The notes: generated from the letters alone by a model not told the origin. A DNA stretch of 64,000 nt from Myxococcota bacterium (GCA_965250285.1 OZ252299.1:4000001-4064000), one strand, 5' to 3'. Numbered from the stretch's first letter, positions 39,838 through 49,108 are shown. Translations and numbers: made by a program.

Positions 39838-40980
39838 CTAGAGGATCAAGGCGGCGAGCTTGCGCCGCTGGAAGAGCGCGTCACCGAATTGGCTCTCGCC
39901 CCAGATCGCGCGGCGGCGATACAGGCCGGCGTCGCACTCGTACGTGAAGCCGTAGCCACCGTGGAACTGGATCGCGCGGTCGCCCACGAACGCGAGCGCC
40001 GGGCCAGCGGCCGCCTTCGCCATGCGCACGGCGACCTCTCCTTCTTCGCCGCGCTCGAATGTGTGGGCCGCCGCGTAGACGTGCGACCGCGCCTGCTCGA
40101 TGCGCACGTGCGCATCGACCGTCGTGTGCTTGAGTGCCTGGTACGCGCCGATCGGGCGCCCGAACTGCTTGCGCGTCACCAGCCGCTCGACCGTCGTGTC
40201 GATGCAGCTCGCGCCGGCGCCGACCATGTCGGCGCTGGCGAGCAACGCGCCAGCGAGCTCGAGCCGCGCGAGGCCGGCGTCGATCCGCCCCGCATCGAGC
40301 AGCGCGCCCGCGGGCACGCGCACGCCATCGAGCTCGAGCGCGAACGAGCGCCGCGTCTCGTCGATGACAATCTCGCGCCGCATCGAGCAGGCCGCGAGCG
40401 CATCGGCATCGAGGAGCATCAGCGCCGCCCGCCCATCGAGCGTGACCGACACGATCGCGTACTGCGCCACGTGCGCATCGAGCACGAACGTCTTCGTGCC
40501 CGCGAGCGCGATCTCGCCCCCCTCGCGCTTCGCGGTGCATGCGCCGTGGGCGGCCTCCCAGTCGCCACCGGGCTCGCTCAGGGCGAGTGTGGCCGGCTCG
40601 CCCGAGACGAGCTTCGGCAACACGTCGCGCTGCTGCGCCTCGGTCCCGGCCGCGATCAGCAGCTGCGCGGCGAGGGTCGTCGAGACGAATGGACCGGCCA
40701 TCAGGCGGCGCCCCATCTGCTCGACGACTGGCACGGCCTCGGCGAGCTCGAGGCCGGCGCCGCCGAAGGCCTCCGGCACGGCGATCCCGAGCCAGCCGAG
40801 TTCGGCCACCTCGGCGAAGACCGACGGATCGTGGCCGACCTCGTCGTCGATGAGCTCGCGCACGCGCGACATCGGCGATTTGTCGTGGCAGTACTTCGAG
40901 GCCGACTCGAGCAGCTCGGCCTGCTCTTCGCTCAGGCCGATCCGGCCGGCCCGCTCACGCGCCGCGTCGAGATCACTCAT
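39838..40980 (-). CDS. Acyl-CoA dehydrogenase, second subunit of a tandem pair
   Basis: ELGWLGI.VPE..GG.G, ALSEP, RKQFGRPIGAYQALKH, IQFHGGYGFTYE. Confidence 0.9.
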   Translation of the reverse strand: MSDLDAARERAGRIGLSEEQAELLESASKYCHDKSPMSRVRELIDDEVGHDPSVFAEVAELGWLGIAVPEAFGGAGLELAEAVPVVEQMGRRLMAGPFVSTTLAAQLLIAAGTEAQQRDVLPKLVSGEPATLALSEPGGDWEAAHGACTAKREGGEIALAGTKTFVLDAHVAQYAIVSVTLDGRAALMLLDADALAACSMRREIVIDETRRSFALELDGVRVPAGALLDAGRIDAGLARLELAGALLASADMVGAGASCIDTTVERLVTRKQFGRPIGAYQALKHTTVDAHVRIEQARSHVYAAAHTFERGEEGEVAVRMAKAAAGPALAFVGDRAIQFHGGYGFTYECDAGLYRRRAIWGESQFGDALFQRRKLAALIL

Positions 40981-42203
40981 CGCTTGGCCCCCGCGTTGTG
41001 CTTCGGAAGACCGAGCACGTGCTCGGCGACGATGTTCGCCTGCACCTGGCTGGTGCCGCCGCCGATCGTCGCCGAGAAGGCGTTGAGATAGGCACGCTGC
41101 CAGAGTCCGCCATCGACGGCCTCGGGCTCATCGATCCAGTAGCCGCCGCGGGCGCCCTGCATGGTGATGGCGAACTCGTTGAGCCGGCGTACGAACTCGG
41201 TGTTCATCAGCTTGCCCGAGAGCGGCAGCGACATCGGCCGATCCTGAACGAGCGGGCCGATGGCCGCCCGGGCCATCGAGAGCTGGATCCCGCGCCCCTC
41301 GATCATCAGCTCGACGAGCTTGTCGGCCACGACCGGGTCTTCAGCCGCGGGCCGTCCGCCGCGTCGGACGCGCCGAGCGAGGTCGATCGTGCCCTCGTGG
41401 TCGGGCACCGTGATCGAGAAGCCGCCCGCCTGGCCGCCTCGCGCGTTTCGCTCGTACTCGAGCGTGCGCATCGCGACGGCCCAGCCCTGGCCCTCCTCGC
41501 CCATCAGGCAGTCGGCGGGGATCCGCGCATCGGTGAAGTACGTCTCGGTGAAACCGTACTCGCCCGTCAGCTTGCGAATCGGAACGGCCTCGACGCCTTC
41601 GACGGTCATCGGCGCGAGAAAGAACGAGAGCCCGGCATACTTGCTCGGCGCATCGGGGTTCGTTCGCGCGAGCAGGATCATGTACTTGGCGTAGTTGCCG
41701 TGGGTCGTCCACGTCTTGGTCCCGTTGATCACCCAGGCGTCGCCCTCGCGCACCGCGCGGGTCTGGGCGTTGCCGAGATCGCTGCCGTTTTCGGGCTCGC
41801 TGAAGCCCTGACACCAGATGTCTTCGGCCGACAGGATGCCCTTGATGTAGCGATGCCGTTCTGCCTCGCTTCCCATGTCGAGGATCAGCGGCCCGGCCCA
41901 GCTGAGGCCGATCGTATTCATCATGATCGGGCTGCCGTTGCGGCGCATCTCGTCGGTCGCGATGTCCTGGAACGCCTGATGCAGTCCGCCGCCGCCGTAC
42001 TCGGCGGGCCACGCCGCGCCGAGGTAGCCCGCTTCGTAGACGCGGCGCTGCCAATCGCGAAGAAAGTCGAACTGCTGGTCGGTGCCCACCTCCATGAAGG
42101 TGAGCGGGAGCATGAAGTCGGGCTGGGGTGGAACGTTCTCGGCAAACCACGCTGCGCACTGCGCGCGAAAGTCGTCGAGCTCGTTCTGGGGCGGTCTCGG
42201 CAT
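40977..42203 (-). CDS. Acyl-CoA dehydrogenase, first subunit of a tandem pair
   Basis: WPAEYGGGG, WCQGFSEPENGSDL, INGTKTWTT, LEYER, TIGGGTSQVQ.NIVAE.VLGLP. Confidence 0.92.
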   Translation of the reverse strand: MPRPPQNELDDFRAQCAAWFAENVPPQPDFMLPLTFMEVGTDQQFDFLRDWQRRVYEAGYLGAAWPAEYGGGGLHQAFQDIATDEMRRNGSPIMMNTIGLSWAGPLILDMGSEAERHRYIKGILSAEDIWCQGFSEPENGSDLGNAQTRAVREGDAWVINGTKTWTTHGNYAKYMILLARTNPDAPSKYAGLSFFLAPMTVEGVEAVPIRKLTGEYGFTETYFTDARIPADCLMGEEGQGWAVAMRTLEYERNARGGQAGGFSITVPDHEGTIDLARRVRRGGRPAAEDPVVADKLVELMIEGRGIQLSMARAAIGPLVQDRPMSLPLSGKLMNTEFVRRLNEFAITMQGARGGYWIDEPEAVDGGLWQRAYLNAFSATIGGGTSQVQANIVAEHVLGLPKHNAGAKR

Positions 42204-42309
42204 CGGGGATCCTCGGGCACCGGTCGGCGCGCAGCGCGTCGACCGGGCAGCGAACGTTACCGACCGCGCCGGGGCGTTCCCACTCCCCTTGGGCGACGCC
42301 GCGCGACTG

Positions 42310-43959
42310 TCATGGGCAGGAGATCGCCGCCCCGATCTCGCCTTCTTCGACCACCCCGTCGACGTTCGCGTCGTCGAATGAGAAGCAGCCCGAGCACTCG
42401 GCATCGCCGTGCAGATTGAAGTGGCCACCGACGCCGAGATCGACCAGGCGAGCCCCGTCGCGGTTCACGCTCACGTCCCCGAACACGAGACAATCGACCG
42501 CGCTGAAATCTTCGACGTGGACGTTCAGATTGCCGTGCACTTCGCACTGGGCGATCGACGAACGGCCGTTGTTTTGGTTGAAGCTCGCGTCGCCCAGCAG
42601 GCGAACCCCGCGCAGGCTGACCCGGCCCTCGTGTGCGTTCAGGTTGCCATCGACGACCGAGCGATCGGGCCCGAGCCCCAGCACCGCGACGTTGGCGTCG
42701 ATTCCGAGATTGAGGTCGGCCATCGCGGGCGCATCGGCGTTGTCGAGGACTTCGATCAGGGTGTCGAAGCCCGGCGCGTGCAGGTCGATGCTCGAAGTAC
42801 GTGCCGTGGCGTCGATCACGTCGGTTCCCGGGCCGGTCGCGTAGCAGAGCGTGTCGAAGCGCGCGTCGTCGACGTCGATGACATCGGCGACGGTGGTGCG
42901 ATCGCATACGCCCGCCCGGTCGTCGGCGCCGATGCAGCCGTCGCCGTCGACCTCGTCGGGACAGAACGCGTCGTCGACGCCCACCCAGTCGCCGTTCGAG
43001 TACACGACGACGTCCTGCTCCTCGAAGCCGGGCGGCTGATCCGAGCCCGGGCCGTCGCCGCCGCCACCGGGCGGATCCGTCGGCTCCGGCGGATCAGTGG
43101 GATCTGAGCCGTCGTCTCGACACTCGATCGATCCCGTCCGCTCCTCGGGCTCGACCCGATCGTCGCCGTTGCGGTCGTCGAACGAGTAGCAGCCCGAGCA
43201 CCGCGCATCGCCGTGCTGGTTGAAGTGGCCGCCGACGCCCAGACCGACGAGGGTCGCACCATCGCGGTTGATGCTGACGTCGCCGAACACGCGACAGCCC
43301 ACGGCGCTGAACTGCTCGACGTGCACGTTCAGGTTGCCGAGGATGCGGCAGTAGGCGATCGACGAGCGACCGTCGTTCGAGTTGAAGCTCGCATCGCCTT
43401 CGAGGGTGACATTGCGCAGGCTGACGTTGCCGCGGTGCGCGTTCAGATGGCCGCGCACGATCGACCGATCGGGCCCTGCTCCGAAGACGGCCACGTTCGC
43501 CCCGAGGTCGAGATTGAGATCGCCCCGCGCCGGTGAGCTGGCGTTCTCGTCGACCACGACGAGCGTGTCGCCGCGATCGCCGTACAGGTTGAGGCTCTCG
43601 TCGAGCGACGTCGCATCGATCACGTCGACCGCATCGCCGGTCGCGTAGCAGAGGACATCGAAGTGCTCGCCCGCCACCACGGCGACGTCGGCCACATCCG
43701 TGTCGGCGCAGGCGTCGGCGCGGGCGCCGGCGCCGACGCAGCCGTCGCCTTCGACCTGGTCGCCGCAGAAGTCGTCGTTCGACGCCGTGGAGAGGCCATT
43801 CTCGTAGTAGACGACCTCCCCCTGCTCGAAGCCAGGCGCCGAGATCACGCCGATGCCGCCCTCGTCGAGCAGCGGCTCGGTACACCCCGTACCGATCAGC
43901 GCAACGAGACCGAGAGGGAGGGTCAGCGTCAGAACGCGGCTCAGCCGCCTGGCCGTCAT
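42310..43959 (-). CDS. Cys-rich lipoprotein with two tandem 239-aa repeats (unknown function)
   Basis: Signal ending ALIGTG|C, GGGAGG SD; repeats at 43836-43120 and 43032-42316 separated by a Pro/Gly/Asp linker. Confidence 0.8.
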   Translation of the reverse strand: MTARRLSRVLTLTLPLGLVALIGTGCTEPLLDEGGIGVISAPGFEQGEVVYYENGLSTASNDDFCGDQVEGDGCVGAGARADACADTDVADVAVVAGEHFDVLCYATGDAVDVIDATSLDESLNLYGDRGDTLVVVDENASSPARGDLNLDLGANVAVFGAGPDRSIVRGHLNAHRGNVSLRNVTLEGDASFNSNDGRSSIAYCRILGNLNVHVEQFSAVGCRVFGDVSINRDGATLVGLGVGGHFNQHGDARCSGCYSFDDRNGDDRVEPEERTGSIECRDDGSDPTDPPEPTDPPGGGGDGPGSDQPPGFEEQDVVVYSNGDWVGVDDAFCPDEVDGDGCIGADDRAGVCDRTTVADVIDVDDARFDTLCYATGPGTDVIDATARTSSIDLHAPGFDTLIEVLDNADAPAMADLNLGIDANVAVLGLGPDRSVVDGNLNAHEGRVSLRGVRLLGDASFNQNNGRSSIAQCEVHGNLNVHVEDFSAVDCLVFGDVSVNRDGARLVDLGVGGHFNLHGDAECSGCFSFDDANVDGVVEEGEIGAAISCP

Positions 43960-43999
43960 CGCTTCGCCTCCCGTTCGAACGCGGCGTCGCCGCTGCCGA

Positions 44000-44215
44000 T
44001 CACGTGCCACCGGGCGCGCTGCCGTCGGCGTTCAGACCGCGCGCTGCGCGGTGGGCCATGACCTCGACTCGATACTCGCAGTCGACGCACTGGCGCATCG
44101 CTCGCTTCATGTTCTCGTTCTGAGCGCGCAGCCGATCGATCTCGTCCCGCAGCGCCTTCGGGTCTTCCTTCGCTTCAACCCGACCGAGGATCCGCCCGAG
44201 CAGACTCGCAATCAA
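44000..44215 (-). CDS. Small coiled-coil protein with CxxC (71 aa)
   Basis: TTG start overlaps the upstream TGA (TTGA); LRDEIDRLRAQNENMKRAMRQCVDC; GC3-biased codons. Confidence 0.6.
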   Translation of the reverse strand: MIASLLGRILGRVEAKEDPKALRDEIDRLRAQNENMKRAMRQCVDCEYRVEVMAHRAARGLNADGSAPGGT

Positions 44216-45039
44216 GCGCCCGGCTTCCACGTCATGCGCGCGGTACACGATGTCTCGGGCAGGTGCGGCTCGAACTCCATCCGCAGCGCCGTGTCCTCAC
44301 CGTTCATCAGGGCCTCGAACGCGCCCTTGCAGATCAGCAGGCAGCCCTCTTCGGGCAGCTTGTCGGGGTTCGGCAGATCCTCCTGTCGACCGCAGACGTG
44401 CCAGGCGCAGTCGGGGATCTCCATCGTCACCTTGCCGTGTGCGGGGTCGTACTCGCTGATCTTCGCCGGTCCGGTCAGGAAGCCGGCCGGGTTGAACATG
44501 TCGAAGACCAGAGACTGAAACCACGTCGGCTCGGTCGAGCCGTCTGCGGCGCGGCGCGTCTTCTGCTTCGTCTTGGCGGCGGGCTCCTTGGCCATGCCAT
44601 CCATCATCTCGAAGAACTCCGCCGAGTTCTCGCGGCCGAGCGCCGCGGCGGTCCCGACGACGATGTCCTCGTACTGCGCCTGGCTGAAGTGCTTGCGCAG
44701 CTCGAGCAGAGCCCACTCGGCTTCGCGCACGAAGTTGCCGTAGCGCTTGCGCCAACGTTCGCGTGGCGAGTCGAACAGACGGATCTTCTCGCGGCGCGCC
44801 TTGATGTCGGCCCAACCGCGGTCGACCACCTCGGGGTCGGTCGTCATGCGGAGGATCGGCAGAAACGTGTAGGGCACGAGCGGGCCTGCGCGATCGACGA
44901 GCATGCGCTTCGACATCACCATGTCGATCCACGCCTGGGGCCCCCAGTGGTACAGCAGCCCGCGCCCCTGCGACGCCGGGCCCGAGCGTGCGCTCGGCGC
45001 CGAGGCAGACTCGATGAGCGGTGCAGATTCGCTGGCCAT
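44212..45039 (-). CDS. Hypothetical protein with DWARF27 (D27/DUF4033)-like Cys-rich C-terminal domain
   Basis: FLTGP...EIPDCAWHVC...GCLLICK...MEFEPHLPETSC; GGAGG SD. The CDS is solid; the family call is by-eye. Confidence 0.6.
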   Translation of the reverse strand: MASESAPLIESASAPSARSGPASQGRGLLYHWGPQAWIDMVMSKRMLVDRAGPLVPYTFLPILRMTTDPEVVDRGWADIKARREKIRLFDSPRERWRKRYGNFVREAEWALLELRKHFSQAQYEDIVVGTAAALGRENSAEFFEMMDGMAKEPAAKTKQKTRRAADGSTEPTWFQSLVFDMFNPAGFLTGPAKISEYDPAHGKVTMEIPDCAWHVCGRQEDLPNPDKLPEEGCLLICKGAFEALMNGEDTALRMEFEPHLPETSCTARMTWKPGA

Positions 45040-45225
45040 CGGGCACCTCCCGCGCCGCGAAGCGGCGCCTCAACGCCCTCAAGTTAGCAGTCGCCCGCGT
45101 GCCCGCGTCGCGGCCGGGCGAGCGAGGATACGCCTGGCCTCGGATCCGACAAATCAAGTGGCCGCACTCCATGCGCATGTCGAGACCGAGATCGCTGTGC
45201 GCACAAGAGGCCCGACGAGGCTGGC

Positions 45226-47232
45226 CTAGTCGTTCGATTCAGCGGGCGGCGGATCCGCAGCGGTCTCGATCAGCACGGCCCCCAGCCCGGCCTCGGCCAC
45301 GAGGAACCCACCCTGCTCGGTGAAGTGCACGCCGTCGTGCCGCACCGGCTCCGCGTCTTCCGTCGATTCGATGCGTGCGACGAGGCGGTCCAGGTCGAGC
45401 AGCACGACATCTTCGGGCCGCGCGTCGGCCACTTCGCGAAGCAGCTCGTTGAGGCGCAGACGCGCGCCCTCCCAATTCGCCTCGTCGTGCGGAAAGCGCC
45501 GCGGCTTCGGCATCGGCGGCGTCGTCAGCCACACGACGCGCGCTTGCTTCGACCGAAACGCGTCGATGTACCGGTGCACGCCATCGCGCAAGGCGTCGTC
45601 CAGCTCGGGGTCACCCAGCTGTCGAAACCCACCGGTGGTCGGATCGCGCACGCCGACCACGTCCCACTCGCCGAAGAGGACCAGCGCGATGCGCGGCCGG
45701 TGTCGCTCGAGGTAGTCGACCGCATCGGCGCGTTGGTCGAGGCAGCGTGCCCGCACACCCGCGTAGGGGCCGCGGGGGGAGATCCAGGGCGCGCTGTCTT
45801 CGCCCCGCCGATCGAGCTCGTCGATCCACGCCGGGCCGAGCACACCGCACCCGAGCTCGACCACGCCCGATGCCAGCGCGAGCTCGGGCGCCGACTCTCG
45901 GATCCACGCATCGAGGCCCCAGGCGAGCGACAACGCCGACGAATCGCCGAAGAGCGCGACGCGCGCGCGGGTGACCGGCGACCCGTCGGCGGGAATCGGC
46001 GTCGAGGCGCGCAGCTCGGCGGCGATCTGCGCCGGCGATGTGGGAACGACGATCGCGACGATCCAGATGATCAACGCCAGACCGAACGCACGCGCGGGAT
46101 TGCGGCCGAGCACACCCCGCCCGCGTCGAATCGGCTCTTCGAGCGTCGCATACGAGAGACCCGCGATCGCCAGCGTGAGCGGCGCGCACACGGCGAACCG
46201 CAACAGGGGCGAGAGCTCGGGCCAACCCGCGTCGAGCGCGACGTAGATCGGCCAGTGGACGAGGTACGCCCCGTACGAGACGCGACCGACCCAGACCAGC
46301 GGCGCGAGCGACAGCCAATGGTGCAGGGGGCCTCGACCGGCCAGACACCCTGCGATCCAGACCGCCGAGACGAGGGCGTAGCCGACGAACCCGCCGCGGT
46401 AGAGCCAGGCCGTCTCGAGGTCGACGAGCGACCACGCCGCGATCGCAACGCCCATCGCGATCAGACCGAGGCGCGGCCACGCGGCGTGCGCAGCGATCGG
46501 TCGCGTGCCGACCTGCACGCGCAGGCCGATCGCGAGCAGCGTCCCCATCAGGAGTTCGGGCAGGCGCAGACCCGTGCCGTAGTAGATGCGATCCCAGCTC
46601 TCGGGATCGCCGCCCATCCATGTCATCATCGCGAGGCTCGCGGCGATCCAGCCGACCGCGAGAACGACGAGGGGGCCGCGCGCTCTTGGCCTGCGGCACG
46701 CGATCCAGACCACAAGCGGGAAGACCGCGTAGAACTGTGCCTCGATCGAGAGCGACCAGAAGTGCTGCACCCACGAAGGCTGGCTGAACAGCAGGGTGTA
46801 GGCGTAGTCGCCCGACAGGAAGCGCCAGTTCGAAACCTGCAGCAGCGCAGAGAGCAGGTCGGTGGCGAGGCGCGCCCGCTGCGCCGGCACCGTGAAGGGC
46901 GGCGCAGCCAGCGCCAGCACCGCGATGACCGCCAATGACGCGGGCGCGAGCCTGCGAATGCGTCGTCGCCAGAAGGCGGCGAGATCGACGCGGCCGAGAT
47001 CGTCGACGTCACGCAGCAGCAGCTCGGTGACGAGCAATCCCGACAGCGTGAAGAAGGTCGACACACCGAGGAAGCCGCCCGACATGAAGTCGAAGCCCGC
47101 GTGAAAGAGCAGCACGCCGAGCAGACACGCGGCCCGGAGCCCGTCGAGCGCGGGCTCGTAGGCCCGGGCCTGTCGGGGTGCGCGACCGGGCGCGGCGCGC
47201 GATGCCTCGGCCAGCGGCCCGGCGTCGCCCAT
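45226..47232 (-). CDS. Acyltransferase-3 fused to SGNH domain (OafA/OatA-like O-acyltransferase)
   Basis: LDGLRA, GGFLGVSTFFTLSG, RRIRRL.P, HFWSLSIEAQFY; C-terminal FGDS and DGVH. Confidence 0.9.
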   Translation of the reverse strand: MGDAGPLAEASRAAPGRAPRQARAYEPALDGLRAACLLGVLLFHAGFDFMSGGFLGVSTFFTLSGLLVTELLLRDVDDLGRVDLAAFWRRRIRRLAPASLAVIAVLALAAPPFTVPAQRARLATDLLSALLQVSNWRFLSGDYAYTLLFSQPSWVQHFWSLSIEAQFYAVFPLVVWIACRRPRARGPLVVLAVGWIAASLAMMTWMGGDPESWDRIYYGTGLRLPELLMGTLLAIGLRVQVGTRPIAAHAAWPRLGLIAMGVAIAAWSLVDLETAWLYRGGFVGYALVSAVWIAGCLAGRGPLHHWLSLAPLVWVGRVSYGAYLVHWPIYVALDAGWPELSPLLRFAVCAPLTLAIAGLSYATLEEPIRRGRGVLGRNPARAFGLALIIWIVAIVVPTSPAQIAAELRASTPIPADGSPVTRARVALFGDSSALSLAWGLDAWIRESAPELALASGVVELGCGVLGPAWIDELDRRGEDSAPWISPRGPYAGVRARCLDQRADAVDYLERHRPRIALVLFGEWDVVGVRDPTTGGFRQLGDPELDDALRDGVHRYIDAFRSKQARVVWLTTPPMPKPRRFPHDEANWEGARLRLNELLREVADARPEDVVLLDLDRLVARIESTEDAEPVRHDGVHFTEQGGFLVAEAGLGAVLIETAADPPPAESND

Positions 47233-47443
47233 CGTCTCACGACTCCTCGCGTCGGTGTGTCGTCGCGCAAAGGGGTGGCTGCGAGAGCGTAGCTTCGGAT
47301 GCGCCCGACCGAGCGAGCACGGGCTCGCGGCGAGTCGGGCCGACCCAGCGAGCGACTTCGCGCGCTTCGACCGGAGGGAACCCGCTCCGAACGGGTGCGC
47401 GCGTCGTTCTCGCTCGGCGGTGCGCGCACCGGGGCGCCGCGGC

Positions 47444-48061
47444 TCAACCCTCGTTCATCGCCTCGCCCAGCTCGCGCGCCTCGGCCGCATCGATCCCCAA
47501 CGCGCGCAGCCCGCGCTCGATCGCGCGCCCGATGGTGAATGCATCGGCCTGGCCTTCGATGATGCGCCGAATCGTCATCAGCAGCAGACCGAAGACCTGG
47601 TCGATGGTCGCATCGTCGGGGCCCGTCTCGAAGCGACCCTGGGCGTGTCCCAACGCCAGGTCTTCGCGCAGGTAGCCATCGATGTTCTGATGGACGTAGG
47701 GGCGGTGTACCAGCCGCAGCAGCACGCGCCCCCAGGTCGGATCGGCCTCGGCATGGCGCAGCACCCGCGTGCTCGCGATCGCGAAGCGCAGCGCGGGATC
47801 ATCGACGGGCTCGTTCGCGGCGTCTTCGGCCAGGGCGACGACGACGTCAGCCGCGAGCGCGTCGAGCAGCGATTCGCGATCGGGGAAGTAGTTGTAGAAG
47901 GTGCCGTTCGCGACGCCCGCCTCGGCCGTGACGTCGCTGACCGAGAGCGCCTCGCCCTTCTCGGCCAGCACCCGCAGGCCGGCCTCGACGAGGCCGCGGC
48001 GGGTCTTCTCTCGCTTGCGGAAGCCCCGCGTCGGGGGCGTGAGGTCGCTCTGGGTCGCCAT
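47444..48061 (-). CDS. TetR/AcrR regulator, divergent from the aromatic catabolic operon
   Basis: KREKTRRGLVEAG...SVSDVTAEAGVANGTFYNYFPDR. Confidence 0.9.
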   Translation of the reverse strand: MATQSDLTPPTRGFRKREKTRRGLVEAGLRVLAEKGEALSVSDVTAEAGVANGTFYNYFPDRESLLDALAADVVVALAEDAANEPVDDPALRFAIASTRVLRHAEADPTWGRVLLRLVHRPYVHQNIDGYLREDLALGHAQGRFETGPDDATIDQVFGLLLMTIRRIIEGQADAFTIGRAIERGLRALGIDAAEARELGEAMNEG

Positions 48062-48067
48062 GGGCGC

Positions 48068-48118
48068 ATCCTAGCCGAAAAATGAGATCCTTTTCAATAT
48101 TGACAATAGTCTCATTTT
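48068..48118. promoter_or_regulatory. Divergent promoters with 40-bp palindromic operator
   Basis: AAAATGAGATCCTTTTCAAT|ATTGACAATAGTCTCATTTT (48079-48118, 16/20 arm match) contains TTGACA on plus; TTGAAA-N18-TAGGAT on minus. Confidence 0.7.
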
Positions 48119-48175
48119 ACGATGAACTCCATCGCGATGGCCGGCCTGCCCGTCGGCTCGGCCCGGAGGATCCCC

Positions 48176-49108
48176 ATGGCGCTCCACAGCTTCCTCGGCA
48201 TGCAGATCGGCGTGCCCACACCCGAGGATCTCGCGACGTTCTACGCCGGCCTCGGCCTCGAGGGTCGCGACGCGCGATGGGGCAGCGCCGACTGTCCCGA
48301 CCAGATCGAGATCGTCGAGCACCCCTATCGACAGCTGCGCACGCTGCGCGTCGGCTGCGATGCGGAGGCCGACCTCGATGCGCTCCGCGGCCGACTGCGC
48401 GGGCTCGGCATCGACAGCACGCAGCGCGAAGGGCGCGTGGTCTGCCTCGACCCGACGGGCACCTGGCGCATTCAGGTCGAGGTGGCCGAGCCCCTCACGC
48501 TGTCGTCGCCGCCCGAGCGCCCGCTCAATCGGCCGGGGTCGCGCGGTCGACCGAACGACCGGGCCGAGGTCGTGGTCGAGTCGACGCCGCGGCCGCCGCG
48601 GCGACTCGGTCACGTGGTGGTCGGCTCGCCCGACCCGCTCGGCACCGCCAAGTTCTTCATGGATGGGATCGGCTTTCGCCTGTCCGACGTCGTCGGCGGG
48701 CTGCTCACCTTCATGCGGTGTTCGAGCGATCACCACAACCTGCTGGTGATGCCGGCGCCCTGCCCCTACCTCAACCACTACGCCTTCGAGCACGACGACG
48801 TCGACGCCGTCGGTGCAGCGGCCCGTCGCTACCTCGAGGGTCAGACAGAACGTCACGTGGTCGGGATGGGACGGCACGTCGTGGGGTCGAACGTCTTCTG
48901 GTACATGAACGACCCCACCGGCACCATGTTCGAGCTGTTCAGCGACATGGACGACATCCCCGACGACGAAGCCTGGACGCCCGGTACCGATTGGGAGCTC
49001 GGTCGCTTCTCGTCGTGGGGCCCGCCGGAGCCGCCGCCCGAGTTCGTCGTGCCGGCCGATATCGAAGACATCGTAAAGGCGCACCAGGCGTCGATGGAGG
49101 CATCGTGA
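48176..49108 (+). CDS. Two-domain VOC protein, extradiol ring-cleavage dioxygenase-like
   Basis: RRLGHVV, DHHNL, LNHYAF, GRH..GSN.FWY..DP.G.MFE; GGAGG SD. Confidence 0.8.
   Translation: MALHSFLGMQIGVPTPEDLATFYAGLGLEGRDARWGSADCPDQIEIVEHPYRQLRTLRVGCDAEADLDALRGRLRGLGIDSTQREGRVVCLDPTGTWRIQVEVAEPLTLSSPPERPLNRPGSRGRPNDRAEVVVESTPRPPRRLGHVVVGSPDPLGTAKFFMDGIGFRLSDVVGGLLTFMRCSSDHHNLLVMPAPCPYLNHYAFEHDDVDAVGAAARRYLEGQTERHVVGMGRHVVGSNVFWYMNDPTGTMFELFSDMDDIPDDEAWTPGTDWELGRFSSWGPPEPPPEFVVPADIEDIVKAHQASMEAS

Noticed and set aside
44212..44214. TGA read-through (selenocysteine) joining the D27-like gene to downstream sequence
   Set aside because: The downstream coding signal is in another frame starting at the overlapping TTG, and no SECIS-like support is evident.
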